Assembly: GCA_964427275.1 (NCBI GenBank)
Contig: CAYRSR010000002.1
Coordinates: forward strand, 1,956-65,955
Source: an uncultured Candidatus Saccharibacteria bacterium
GTDB taxonomy: Bacteria > Patescibacteriota > Minisyncoccia > UBA6257 > CAYRSR01
DNA length: 64,000 nt
Reading direction: 5' to 3'
Shown here piece after piece: positions 8,824 to 17,566 of the stretch. The notes under the pieces were generated by a model. It did no database searches. It saw nothing but the letters and a program-made list of their open reading frames with translations, and was not told the DNA's origin. The translations under genes were made by a program, and so were the position numbers. Positions within the stretch are counted from its first letter, which is position 1. Each line of letters begins with the position of its first letter.

Positions 8824-10143
8824 ATGGTTAAACTACCACCGCAGGATATTGAAGCCGAAAAATCAGTACTCGGAGCTTTAATGATTAATCCTCAGGCGAT
8901 TGTAAAAGTTTGTGATGTCTTAAGTCCAGAAGATTTTTACAAGCCTGAGCATCAGGAAATTTATTCAGTAATTGTTGATCTTTTTTCTAAGAATGAGCCA
9001 ATTGATATTTTAAGCGTATCTTCTGAGTTAAAAAGAAGAAAGAAGATTAGGCAGATTGGAGGGGTAAGTTATCTAACTGATCTAGTTGAGGGGGTAGCCA
9101 GTGCCTCCCATATCACCCACTATGCTAAGATAGTTAGAGAAAAAAGAAACCTACGTGACTTACTTGGAGTTGCTGCTGAAATAACTGAAAAGGCATTTGA
9201 ACAAAAAGAGGCCAAGTACTTACTGGATGAAATTGAGCAAAAAATCTTTAAAATTTCTCAGCATTCACTGGTTAAAGAAAGAATTCCCTGGGAGACTGAA
9301 CTAAAAATGGCATTTGAAAGAATAGAAAAACTTCAACAGAAAAAAGAAGGACTTCGAGGAATTCCAACTGGCTTTAAAAAGCTGGATAATTACCTTTCTG
9401 GACTTCAAAAGTCCAACTTGATTATCCTGGGAGCCCGTCCCTCTCTTGGAAAGACTGCATTTGTTCTAGATATAGCCAGGCATGTTACGACTGAACAGCA
9501 TATTCCAGTTGCCTTCTTTTCCTTGGAAATGTCTAAAGATGAAATAATAGACAGATTAATATCTGCCGAATCCTCAGTAGATTTATGGAAACTAAGAACA
9601 GGCAGGGTAGACGATTCTTTGGAGTTTGAAATGATCCAATCTGCTCTGGATAGACTTTCTAAAACTCCAATTTTTATTGAGGATTATCCTTCTCCAACGG
9701 TTCTCCAGATTCGTTCAATATCCAGAAGATTGCAGTTGGAAAAAGGATTGGGGTTAATAATTATCGATTATGTTCAACTTATTACTCCTTCTGGAAACTT
9801 TGATAACCCTGTTCATCAGTTTACTGAAATCAGTCATGGCCTAAAAACTCTGGCCAGGCAACTAGAAGTACCAGTACTGGCTGTTTCCCAACTTACTCGA
9901 GCAGTAGATCAGAGAGAAACTGGGATTCCTAGACTATCCGACTTAAGAGAAACTGGCTCCTGGGAACAGGACGCTGATGTAGTTATGTTCCTATACCGGC
10001 AGAAAGAACAACTTGAGGATTTGGGAGATAGTAACTTGATGAAGATAAGAATTGCTAAACATCGAAATGGACCCCTGGGAGTAATAGAATTAAATTTTGA
10101 TCCTCAAAAAGTTACTTTTAGAGAGATTGATGAAACTTTGTAA
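8824..10143 (+). CDS. dnaB: Replicative DNA helicase
   Basis: PPQDIEAEKSVLG, GARPSLGKT, IIIDYVQL, LSDLRETGSWEQDAD, AKHRNGP. Confidence 0.98.
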   Translation: MVKLPPQDIEAEKSVLGALMINPQAIVKVCDVLSPEDFYKPEHQEIYSVIVDLFSKNEPIDILSVSSELKRRKKIRQIGGVSYLTDLVEGVASASHITHYAKIVREKRNLRDLLGVAAEITEKAFEQKEAKYLLDEIEQKIFKISQHSLVKERIPWETELKMAFERIEKLQQKKEGLRGIPTGFKKLDNYLSGLQKSNLIILGARPSLGKTAFVLDIARHVTTEQHIPVAFFSLEMSKDEIIDRLISAESSVDLWKLRTGRVDDSLEFEMIQSALDRLSKTPIFIEDYPSPTVLQIRSISRRLQLEKGLGLIIIDYVQLITPSGNFDNPVHQFTEISHGLKTLARQLEVPVLAVSQLTRAVDQRETGIPRLSDLRETGSWEQDADVVMFLYRQKEQLEDLGDSNLMKIRIAKHRNGPLGVIELNFDPQKVTFREIDETL

Positions 10144-10157
10144 AAATTTGACCTACT

Positions 10158-10757
10158 GTGATTCCTGAAGTTATAAGAAAACTTATTAAAATCTTAATGA
10201 AATTCCCTTCAATTGGCCCAAGACAGGCTACCCGCTTAGCTTTTCATCTAGTACATCAAGAAAAATCACAACTAGAAAATTTTGAACAAACCCTTAAAGA
10301 ACTTCAAAAAATGAGAATTTGCCCTAATTGTTTTTTTCCTTATCAGGGTAATTACAGACTTTGTCCAATTTGTCGTGATAATAGTAGAGATAAACATGTG
10401 ATTACTATTGTAGAAAAAGAAACTGACTTAATTTCAATAGAGAAAACCAAAACATATAAAGGAAATTATTTGATTCTGGGTGGACTGGCTAAAAGAGAAA
10501 TGTTGGAACCAGCTCAAAAACAAAGACTGAATGCTTTGGAAAGAAGAATAAAATACGAGTTAGGTGGAAAAGTTAAAGAAATAGTTATTGCTTTAAATCC
10601 AAATACTTATGGAGATTTTACTTTTTTGTTGATTAAAAAGCAGTTTGAAAACTTAGCTGACAAAATTACCAGACTAGGTCGGGGAATTCCAACTGGTGGA
10701 GAAATAGAATTTGCTGACAAACAAACTCTAATTGAGGCATTCAAACGAAGAAGTTGA
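10158..10757 (+). CDS. recR: Recombination mediator RecR
   Basis: HhH PSIGPRQATR, C4 zinc finger, TOPRIM, TRLGRGIPTGGEIEFAD. Confidence 0.95.
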   Translation: MIPEVIRKLIKILMKFPSIGPRQATRLAFHLVHQEKSQLENFEQTLKELQKMRICPNCFFPYQGNYRLCPICRDNSRDKHVITIVEKETDLISIEKTKTYKGNYLILGGLAKREMLEPAQKQRLNALERRIKYELGGKVKEIVIALNPNTYGDFTFLLIKKQFENLADKITRLGRGIPTGGEIEFADKQTLIEAFKRRS

Positions 10758-10775
10758 AAATTTGATATAAGAGTT

Positions 10776-11084
10776 TTAGGTTATGGACTTTAGTATTTCT
10801 ATTTCAGTATAAGGTTGTCGATGTCCTTTCTTTTTTCTATACCTGGTTTTAGGTTTATATTTAAACACTATCTTTTTTTCAGTTTTTCCTTGAGCTAAAA
10901 TTCTTGCTTTAATCTTTTTATCAAGATAAGGAGTTCCAATTTCAACTGTGTTGTCATTGGCAAAAAGTAAAATTTTATCTAAAACAATCTCATCTCCTAC
11001 TTTGCCATTGATCTTCTCTACCTTAATTTTATCTCCTGGCTTTAGCTTATATTGTTTTCCTTTTATTTCTGCTACAATTAACAT
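10776..11084 (-). CDS. rplU: 50S ribosomal protein L21
   Basis: GKQYK..GD, VFKYKPKTRYRKKKGHRQPYT. Confidence 0.97.
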   Translation of the reverse strand: MLIVAEIKGKQYKLKPGDKIKVEKINGKVGDEIVLDKILLFANDNTVEIGTPYLDKKIKARILAQGKTEKKIVFKYKPKTRYRKKKGHRQPYTEIEILKSIT

Positions 11085-11085
11085 A

Positions 11086-11406
11086 TCAATTTAACTTTAA
11101 CACACTGGTTAAAAAAGTAAATATCAAAATTGTTTCTAGAAACGTGACACAACTCAAAAAAAATGATAATAACTTTTCTCGATGGAATAAAAAATTAGCC
11201 AGACTGAAATTTGCTAAAAAAACTAAAAAACTTAGTAAAATGAAATTTTTAAGATAACTTATATTTCTCAGATAATTTGATCCAGAATATAAGTTTTTAG
11301 GAAATACAATGTAGCTCTGGTTAGAAACCTTAGCATAGCTAACTATAAAAATTACCATTAAAGCTGAAAAACTTACTGCAAAAATAACTTTTAGAGTAAT
11401 AGGCAT
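11086..11406 (-). CDS. Small membrane protein (about 3 TM helices), unknown function
   Basis: Hydrophobic ORF from ATG 11406 (MPITLKVIF..). The longer track ORF runs through tRNA-Glu. Confidence 0.65.
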   Translation of the reverse strand: MPITLKVIFAVSFSALMVIFIVSYAKVSNQSYIVFPKNLYSGSNYLRNISYLKNFILLSFLVFLANFSLANFLFHREKLLSFFLSCVTFLETILIFTFLTSVLKLN

Positions 11407-11414
11407 AGTTCCAG

Positions 11415-11488
11415 TACCGTTACCGGGATTCGAACCCGGGTTACCTGGCTGAGAACCAGGTGTCCTAGGCCAGCTAGACGATAACGGC
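11415..11488 (-). tRNA. tRNA-Glu(CUC)
   Basis: Reverse complement GCCGTTATCGTCTAGCTGGCCTAGGACA-CCTGG-TT-CTC-AG-CCAGG..GGTTCGAATCCC..TAACGGTA. Confidence 0.95.
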
Positions 11489-11499
11489 AACAAAACTAA

Positions 11500-11528
11500 G
11501 TATAAACAGTAATAACTTAAAAATCAAC
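11500..11528 (-). promoter_or_regulatory. Putative sigma70 promoter for tRNA-Glu
   Basis: Minus strand TTGATT-17 nt-TATACT, 11 nt before the tRNA. Confidence 0.5.
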
Positions 11529-11543
11529 TCTTAGAAGGCTTTG

Positions 11544-12776
11544 TTAATATTTCTTAATTTCTTCTACTACTTTTTCCAAGTGCATTGCCCTACTCCCTTT
11601 AACTAAAATTACATCTCCTGGTTGCAATTCCAGTTCTACTGGTTTTTTAGCCTGGTCGGCGTAAAGATAGGAGAATATTTTATCCTGGGGCATTCCCATT
11701 TGCTTAGCCCCAGCAGCAATGAATTTCGCTCTGGGTCCTATTGTAAACAAAACATCTACAAAGGAAGCTAAAAATCTTCCAATTTCTTGATGCACTTTAA
11801 GAGAATATCTACCTATCTCCAGCATATCTCCTAAAACTACTACCTTTCTCTTAGCTGGCAATTCTTTTAATGTATTAAGTGCATTTTTCATTGATAAGGG
11901 AGAGGCGTTATAACAATCATCAATGATTATGGTATTTTTTACTCCAACCAGTAGATTCATTCGAGATTTTGGAGGCGAATACCTTTCAGATAATGCTTCA
12001 GTAATTTCAATTAGATTTAATCCAAAGGTTAGTCCTACACAGGCAGCACATGCAGCGCTATAGGCAGCTCCTCGACCTAAAACTTTATTCAACTTAACTG
12101 GAACACAATTTCCCTGGTATTCTAGCTTAAATCTTACTCCCCAGGGAAATTCTTTATAATAATTTTCAAAGTTAGAAATCATTACCTGAGCTGACTTATT
12201 AAAACCATAAGTTATTATTTTAGCCTTTAGTCTTGATTGAATTTCTTTAGTCCAAACGTCATCAATATTTAAGACAGCAATTCCTGAACTTGAGAGAGAT
12301 TCTACTAATTTTGCTTTTTCTCTAGCTACCTCTTCCGGACCAGAATAAAATTCAACATGAACTGGAATTTCTCCAACAGCAGTTATAACTCCAATTTGAG
12401 GCTGAGCAATACTTAGTAGATAATTTAAATCTCCAGGCTTATCTGCACCGTATTCCAAGACTAAAATTTCTGGATAATCAGCCCTTAAAACTAAATTTTT
12501 AATTGAACTGAGTATAACTCTTAGCCAGAATAACCTCCCGGTTATAGCAGAATAATCGCCCAAAATAGTTAACGGAAGCCCAATTTCATTATTAAAATTT
12601 GCTGGAGAAACTCTAGTTTTTCGATACTTTCCCAGTACTGCTCCAATTGCTAGCTTAGCAGAGGTTTTACCAACACTGCCGGTTACACCAATTATTCCAG
12701 GCTGATACTTCCTTAATGTAGCTTTAGCCAAGCTTTTTAGAATAAATCTTAAAATTTTTAGTCCAATCTTTTTCAT
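11544..12776 (-). CDS. murF: UDP-N-acetylmuramoyl-tripeptide--D-Ala-D-Ala ligase
   Basis: GVTGSVGKT, NFNNEIGLPLT, IIDDCYNASP, LGDMLEIG, LVKGSR. Confidence 0.93.
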   Translation of the reverse strand: MKKIGLKILRFILKSLAKATLRKYQPGIIGVTGSVGKTSAKLAIGAVLGKYRKTRVSPANFNNEIGLPLTILGDYSAITGRLFWLRVILSSIKNLVLRADYPEILVLEYGADKPGDLNYLLSIAQPQIGVITAVGEIPVHVEFYSGPEEVAREKAKLVESLSSSGIAVLNIDDVWTKEIQSRLKAKIITYGFNKSAQVMISNFENYYKEFPWGVRFKLEYQGNCVPVKLNKVLGRGAAYSAACAACVGLTFGLNLIEITEALSERYSPPKSRMNLLVGVKNTIIIDDCYNASPLSMKNALNTLKELPAKRKVVVLGDMLEIGRYSLKVHQEIGRFLASFVDVLFTIGPRAKFIAAGAKQMGMPQDKIFSYLYADQAKKPVELELQPGDVILVKGSRAMHLEKVVEEIKKY

Positions 12777-12778
12777 AA

Positions 12779-14143
12779 TTAGTCTGCTGGAAATAAATGA
12801 TAGTAACTAATTATAAATTGAGCTAGTTCCTTAAATGCTGGAACTACCGTAATTCCTGCTAAAGGTGCACCTTCTGGCTTTTCCAATTTTACCAGAATGA
12901 CAATTTCCGGTGAAGTGCCCGAGATAAATCCTACAAAAGTGTTAATTACTTCTGAGCTATATCCGCCATTTTCTAAATCTGGAACTTGAGCAGTACCAGT
13001 TTTTCCTCCTATCTTATATCCATCAATCACAGCTACACCTGCCTTTTCTACAGTACTGATTAACATCAATTTTATTTGTTCACTTACTTCTGGGCTAATA
13101 GTATTTCCAATTATCTTCTTGCCCAACTTTTTATTTAGATATGGTCGCATTAGCTTACCTCCATTAATTAAACTTGAAAAAGCATTAATAAGTTCAATCG
13201 GAGTTACTGATATTCCCTGTCCAAATGAAGCACAGGCAAAATTCAGTGGCTGATTATCCTTAAGATTTGAAAGATCTCCATGTTGTTCAAATGGAAAATC
13301 AATGCCAGTTGGCTGGTCAAAGCCAAATTTTTTTAAGTAATTGTAAAAAGTTTGATGACCAATCTTTCTTTCCAGAAGGACTGCTCCAGTATTAATTGAA
13401 TGTTCTAATACATCCTTTATAGTTATTTCTCCATAACTTTTATTGTCCCAGTTGGTAATAGTTTTAGAGCCAATGGTAACCTTGCCCGGATCAAATAGAG
13501 TGTAATCTGGAGTGAATGAGCCTGAATCCAGGCCAGCAGCTATTGTGAATGGCTTTATTACTGAACCAGGTTCATATCTTTTACATATAGCCTGGTTTAC
13601 AAATAGACTTGGATTGGCTTTATTGTATTGATTTGGATTAAAATCTGGCTTACTGGCTAATGCTAAGATTTCTCCACTATTTGGATTTTGAACAATAATG
13701 GTCCCGGCTTGGGCATTAGTTCTTTTAATCAGCTGTTCTAAAATACTTTCAGCTTGATTCTGAATGTTTATGTCGATAGTTAAATACTGGTCCTCTCCTT
13801 GTTCCAATTGTTGATTATAATATCTTTCCAAACCGTATAAGCCAGTTGGAAACTTATTCTCTTTTGTATAGCCAACATAACCAATAAGTTGAGAAGCTAA
13901 GTTTTTTAATGGACAATACCTGGGATTTCTAAAATCACCAGTTCGATTTAGAGCTACAGGAAAGCTATTATTATGGCGGTCAGTGAAAAAAAATATTCCT
14001 CTAGAATTCTTAATTGAAACGTAAGAATCTTGCTCAGCTTTAACTAAATTAGTTTTTCCAACCTGAAGATCATAAAGACGGAAAACCAAAAAAGAATAAC
14101 CAAGCCAAAACAATATTGCCAGGAATATTATTTTAGACTTCAT
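12779..14143 (-). CDS. ftsI: Penicillin-binding transpeptidase (FtsI/PBP3-like, shortened dimerisation domain)
   Basis: N-terminal TM, YEPGSVIK (SxxK), HSIN (SxN), GKTGTAQ; position in the dcw cluster. Confidence 0.88.
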   Translation of the reverse strand: MKSKIIFLAILFWLGYSFLVFRLYDLQVGKTNLVKAEQDSYVSIKNSRGIFFFTDRHNNSFPVALNRTGDFRNPRYCPLKNLASQLIGYVGYTKENKFPTGLYGLERYYNQQLEQGEDQYLTIDINIQNQAESILEQLIKRTNAQAGTIIVQNPNSGEILALASKPDFNPNQYNKANPSLFVNQAICKRYEPGSVIKPFTIAAGLDSGSFTPDYTLFDPGKVTIGSKTITNWDNKSYGEITIKDVLEHSINTGAVLLERKIGHQTFYNYLKKFGFDQPTGIDFPFEQHGDLSNLKDNQPLNFACASFGQGISVTPIELINAFSSLINGGKLMRPYLNKKLGKKIIGNTISPEVSEQIKLMLISTVEKAGVAVIDGYKIGGKTGTAQVPDLENGGYSSEVINTFVGFISGTSPEIVILVKLEKPEGAPLAGITVVPAFKELAQFIISYYHLFPAD

Positions 14144-14424
14144 AAGTTGGAAGCTGAAAGATACTTTGGACTTGATTCTAGAATCAAGCCTTGCTGTTTG
14201 GCTATTTTTTCCAAGTTAGAGGGACTGGTTACCTGATATAGCTCTTTCTGAAGGCCCAAATTAATGCTTTTTAAACTAGCCAGCTCATTTTCTAGATTTT
14301 TAATCTGATAATGGAGAGAAACCAGCTGATTGTATTGGTAAATGTACAATTCACCAAGAAGTAAAAGTATACCCAGGAAAATCAACCAGTTATACTTTTT
14401 TGGTGATGATTTAATAATAGTCAT
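14140..14424 (-). CDS. ftsL: FtsL-like septum formation protein
   Basis: One TM plus coiled coil and LEKIAKQQGL, located between rsmH and ftsI. Confidence 0.7.
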   Translation of the reverse strand: MTIIKSSPKKYNWLIFLGILLLLGELYIYQYNQLVSLHYQIKNLENELASLKSINLGLQKELYQVTSPSNLEKIAKQQGLILESSPKYLSASNL

Positions 14425-14646
14425 AATAAAAAATTTAAAATGTAAATATCAAAATGAAAAATGCTATTAATCAATTTTCAATTTTCATTGAATTTTCAAT
14501 TTTCAATTACCGAGTCCCATTATCGAGGTTGAACCTCGATAATTTCTTCCTTCTAAATTGCATTTGTTTGAAAATTGGTTTATTGATAATTGATTGAAAA
14601 TTAGAAATTGAAAATTGTAAATTGTAATTTTGATTTTTAAATTTTT
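14425..14646. repeat. AT-rich heptamer-periodic nested-palindrome element, copy 2
   Basis: Outer arms AAAAATTTAAAA..ATCAAAAT / ATTTTGATTTTTAAATTTTT; inner arms (CAATTTT)n / (AAAATTG)n; central perfect palindrome at 14519-14543. Confidence 0.85.
14519..14543. repeat. Perfect 12-bp palindrome ATTATCGAGGTT-G-AACCTCGATAAT (REP-like)
   Basis: Read directly from the sequence. Confidence 0.85.
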
Positions 14647-15535
14647 AACTTACTATGGCTGCTCTTAGTTTAGCTGAGCGACTTCGAGGATTGAATTTGA
14701 TTTCTTCTGGATCAGGAACTACTGGCTTTTTGGTAATAATCTTTACCTTTTCCTCTTTAGCTAATTGTCTAAATTTATTCTTTACTATCCTATCTTCTAA
14801 AGAATTAAAAGAAATCACCACTACTCTTCCATTCGGTTTTAAAATTTCTGGCAAGTTATTAAGTACTTTCTCAAGATTCTCTAGTTCCCTATTTGCAAAG
14901 ATTCTTAAGGCTAAAAATGTTTTTGTAGCTGGATGAATTCTTCTTCTTCGATAACTTAAAGGTACTGCCAATTTTACAACTTCTGCTAGTTCTAAATTGG
15001 TCTCAATTGGTTTTATTCTTTCTCTCTCTTTTATAGCTTTAGCTATTCTTTTGGCATACCTTTCTTCTCCGTAGATTTTTAAAACCCAGGCTAGCTCCTT
15101 TTGATTCATCTTCTTGAGCAGTTCCTTTACTGGAGTATATTCAGGAGAATAAATCATCAGCAGTGGTTCAGATTTACCTGAGAAAGAAAATCCTTTTCCG
15201 CTTTGAAGCTGAATTGATGAGAATCCCAGATCTAAAAGCAATCCATCAGCCTTTCCTAGTTTTTCTTGCTTAAGAATTGTAGTTAGGTCAGCAAAATTTC
15301 CATTTCTGAAAACCAATTTTATTTGCTTATCCTTTAATACTTGAGTTAATCGCTTCTTAGCCAGATTTAAAGATTCCAAATCTAAATCAACTCCTAAAAA
15401 CTTTCCGGCATTCATTTTTTTCAGGATTACTTCTGAATGTCCTCCACTTCCAAGAGTTCCATCAATAAAAAAATCTCCAGGTTTCAAATCCAATATTTCC
15501 ACAACCTTTTTTAAAAGAACTGGAATATGATACAT
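14645..15535 (-). CDS. rsmH: 16S rRNA m4C1402 methyltransferase
   Basis: HIPVLL, DGTLGSGGHS, LDLGFSS, HPATKTFLALRI, NPRSRSAKLR. Confidence 0.97.
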   Translation of the reverse strand: MYHIPVLLKKVVEILDLKPGDFFIDGTLGSGGHSEVILKKMNAGKFLGVDLDLESLNLAKKRLTQVLKDKQIKLVFRNGNFADLTTILKQEKLGKADGLLLDLGFSSIQLQSGKGFSFSGKSEPLLMIYSPEYTPVKELLKKMNQKELAWVLKIYGEERYAKRIAKAIKERERIKPIETNLELAEVVKLAVPLSYRRRRIHPATKTFLALRIFANRELENLEKVLNNLPEILKPNGRVVVISFNSLEDRIVKNKFRQLAKEEKVKIITKKPVVPDPEEIKFNPRSRSAKLRAAIVS

Positions 15536-15547
15536 CAAAAATTAGGA

Positions 15548-15979
15548 TTATATCCCTAATTCTCCCAGTTTTTCAGCAATTTCCTTTGAAGCTGACTCAG
15601 TCTTACTCTTGTATTGCTCCCAGATATGCTGGTCCCATAACTCTATTCGGTTATACAAGCCTGCAAATACTACTTGTTTCTTAAGTCGAGCATATTTCCT
15701 GAGATATTCAGGAATTAAAATTCTTCCCTGCGAATCTATTGATATATCTACTGCCCCGGCTAACATCAGTCTGACAAAGGCTCGAGAATCTGCCTTAGCC
15801 AAAGGCAATTTAACTAATTTTTGAGCCAGGGTTTCCCATTCTTTTACTGGAAATAAAAACAAGCAACAGTCCAAGCCCCTGGTAATTACAGCCTTTTTAC
15901 CCAATATTTTTCTGAATTTGACCGGAATAGCTACTCTTCCCTTGTTATCAATATTGTATTGATATTCGCCAATAAACAT
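15548..15979 (-). CDS. mraZ: Transcriptional regulator MraZ
   Basis: MFIGEY..IDNKGRVAIP, DSQGRILIP, RIELWD. Start moved to ATG 15979. Confidence 0.97.
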   Translation of the reverse strand: MFIGEYQYNIDNKGRVAIPVKFRKILGKKAVITRGLDCCLFLFPVKEWETLAQKLVKLPLAKADSRAFVRLMLAGAVDISIDSQGRILIPEYLRKYARLKKQVVFAGLYNRIELWDQHIWEQYKSKTESASKEIAEKLGELGI

Positions 15980-15983
15980 AAAG

Positions 15984-16087
15984 TTATCCACAATTTTTTA
16001 GACTTATCCACATATTTATCCACAATTCCCCACTTTGTTATAAGATTACACCACTGGTCAGGAAAAGTCAACTAAAACTGTGGATAA
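15984..16087. promoter_or_regulatory. Cluster of four perfect DnaA boxes overlapping GTGG-type MraZ-like repeats
   Basis: TTATCCACA at 15984, 16004 and 16016; TGTGGATAA at 16079. Confidence 0.7.
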
Positions 16088-16144
16088 CTTTAAAATAATT
16101 TAGTTATATTAGGTTATAAGATTGCAATAAATTAAAAACAGGTT

Positions 16145-16426
16145 TCAGTACTTGATTTCAAAATGATCAAACTCTTCCTGACATTTTTGCCATTCAATTT
16201 CTAAATTAGTCACTTTTGCTAAAGGTGGACCTACTTTAATCCAGTTAATCATTTGATTGATTCTTTCTTTTTCACCTTCCAAAACAATTTCTACTTTTCC
16301 ATCAGGTAAATTTTTTACCCAGCCGGTTATTCCCAAACTTTGAGCCTTCTTTTGAGTATAATCACGAAAAAAGACTCCCTGAACTTGTCCGGAAACAATA
16401 ATATGAACTCTAACCTTCTCAGACAT
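16145..16426 (-). CDS. acyP: Acylphosphatase
   Basis: VSGQVQGVFFR, GWVKNLPDGKVE, GPPLAKV. Confidence 0.95.
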   Translation of the reverse strand: MSEKVRVHIIVSGQVQGVFFRDYTQKKAQSLGITGWVKNLPDGKVEIVLEGEKERINQMINWIKVGPPLAKVTNLEIEWQKCQEEFDHFEIKY

Positions 16427-16446
16427 AGCTTAGAAATTTGAAAATG

Positions 16447-16518
16447 TGGACGGTATAGGATTTGAACCTATGACCCCTGCAATGTGAGTGCAGTGCTCTA
16501 CCGCTGAGCTAACCGTCC
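16447..16518 (-). tRNA. tRNA-Val(CAC)
   Basis: Reverse complement GGACGGTTAGCTCAGCGGTAGAGCA-CTGCA-CT-CAC-AT-TGCAG..GGTTCAAATCC..ACCGTCCA. Confidence 0.95.
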
Positions 16519-16545
16519 ACCAGAGAACTTTGAGTAATATAATCT

Positions 16546-16920
16546 TTACTGTAGTTCTACTTTAGCTCCGGCTTGTTCCAGTTTTTTCTTTATTTCTTCA
16601 GCTTCCTCTTTTTTAACTTCTTCTTTTATTACCTTGGGGGCTGCTTCAACCATATCCTTAGCCTCTTTTAAGCCAGTTTTAGTTATTTCTTTAACTACTT
16701 TAATTACTTCAATTTTCTTAGGCCCAACTTCTTTTAGTAGTATGTTAAATATACTCTTTTCTTCGGCTGGTTTTTCTGCTGGCACTACTGATGGTGCTAC
16801 TGCAGCCGGAGCAGTTATTCCAAATTTATCCTGTAATACCTTAACCAATTCAGCTAACTCCAGAGTAGTTAATCCTTCAATTTCTTTAATTAAGTTTTTA
16901 ACTTTACTTTCCTCAGCCAT
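16546..16920 (-). CDS. rplL: 50S ribosomal protein L7/L12
   Basis: [39 protein letters not shown]. Confidence 0.97.
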   Translation of the reverse strand: MAEESKVKNLIKEIEGLTTLELAELVKVLQDKFGITAPAAVAPSVVPAEKPAEEKSIFNILLKEVGPKKIEVIKVVKEITKTGLKEAKDMVEAAPKVIKEEVKKEEAEEIKKKLEQAGAKVELQ

Positions 16921-16926
16921 ATTTAC

Positions 16927-17442
16927 CTATTTCTTCGACCTTTGTTCCAAAATATACAATAAATTTGCCAGTGGATTTTTTAAGCTGGAAATTAAGTTAT
17001 AAATTGGGCTCCCAATTAATCCAATTAATCTGCCAAACAAGTTTTCCCGAGAGGGTGACTTTACTAGAATTTCTACTATTTCTTCTTCTTTCATTTCTTT
17101 TCCAATTAAATCATAAATTCCTAGCAACTTAAATTGATCCAAATTCAATAAATCTTTCATTTTAAGGATTACTTTCCCAATATCTCCTAGTACGAATATG
17201 ATACCTAGCTGACCAGAATAAATTTCTCTTGGGTCAATTTCAATATCTTTTTCTCTAAAACCAATCTTTAGTAACCTTTTTTTTATAATTTTCAGTGTAG
17301 CCTCTTTTTTAATATCCTTTCTTAACCTGATAAACTCCATGGCTGGAATTTTGGAAAATCCAAATAAAATCAAGCTATTAGCTTTTTCCAAAAGCTTTTT
17401 ACATTCCTCTAATTCTTTAATTTTTTGTTGTTTAGATTTCAT
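16927..17442 (-). CDS. rplJ: 50S ribosomal protein L10 (divergent)
   Basis: Directly upstream of rplL; KIIKKRLLK, PSRENLFGRL; 171 aa. Confidence 0.9.
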   Translation of the reverse strand: MKSKQQKIKELEECKKLLEKANSLILFGFSKIPAMEFIRLRKDIKKEATLKIIKKRLLKIGFREKDIEIDPREIYSGQLGIIFVLGDIGKVILKMKDLLNLDQFKLLGIYDLIGKEMKEEEIVEILVKSPSRENLFGRLIGLIGSPIYNLISSLKNPLANLLYILEQRSKK

Positions 17443-17445
17443 TAA

Positions 17446-17525
17446 ATAAAAAAATCTGCTTCCGCAGACTTATGTTTATTAGCTACCCTCGGCAGGAATT
17501 TAGGAACCTGCTGTCTGCGGATAGT
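17446..17525 (-). ncRNA. L10 leader with overlapping intrinsic terminator/antiterminator
   Basis: Minus strand CCGCAGACAGCAGG..TAAATTCCTGCCGAGG resembles the L10-leader core, followed by TCTGC-GGAA-GCAGA-TTTTTTT. CCGCAGAC can alternatively pair with GTCTGCGG. Confidence 0.8.
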
Positions 17526-17566
17526 CAAAAAGAATATAAACAATTTTAAATTAAATGTCAACCTTC

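Noticed and set aside
11407-11493. N-terminal Pro/Gly/Asn-rich extension of ORF 11086..11493
   Set aside because: It is a translation of tRNA-Glu(CUC), not protein.
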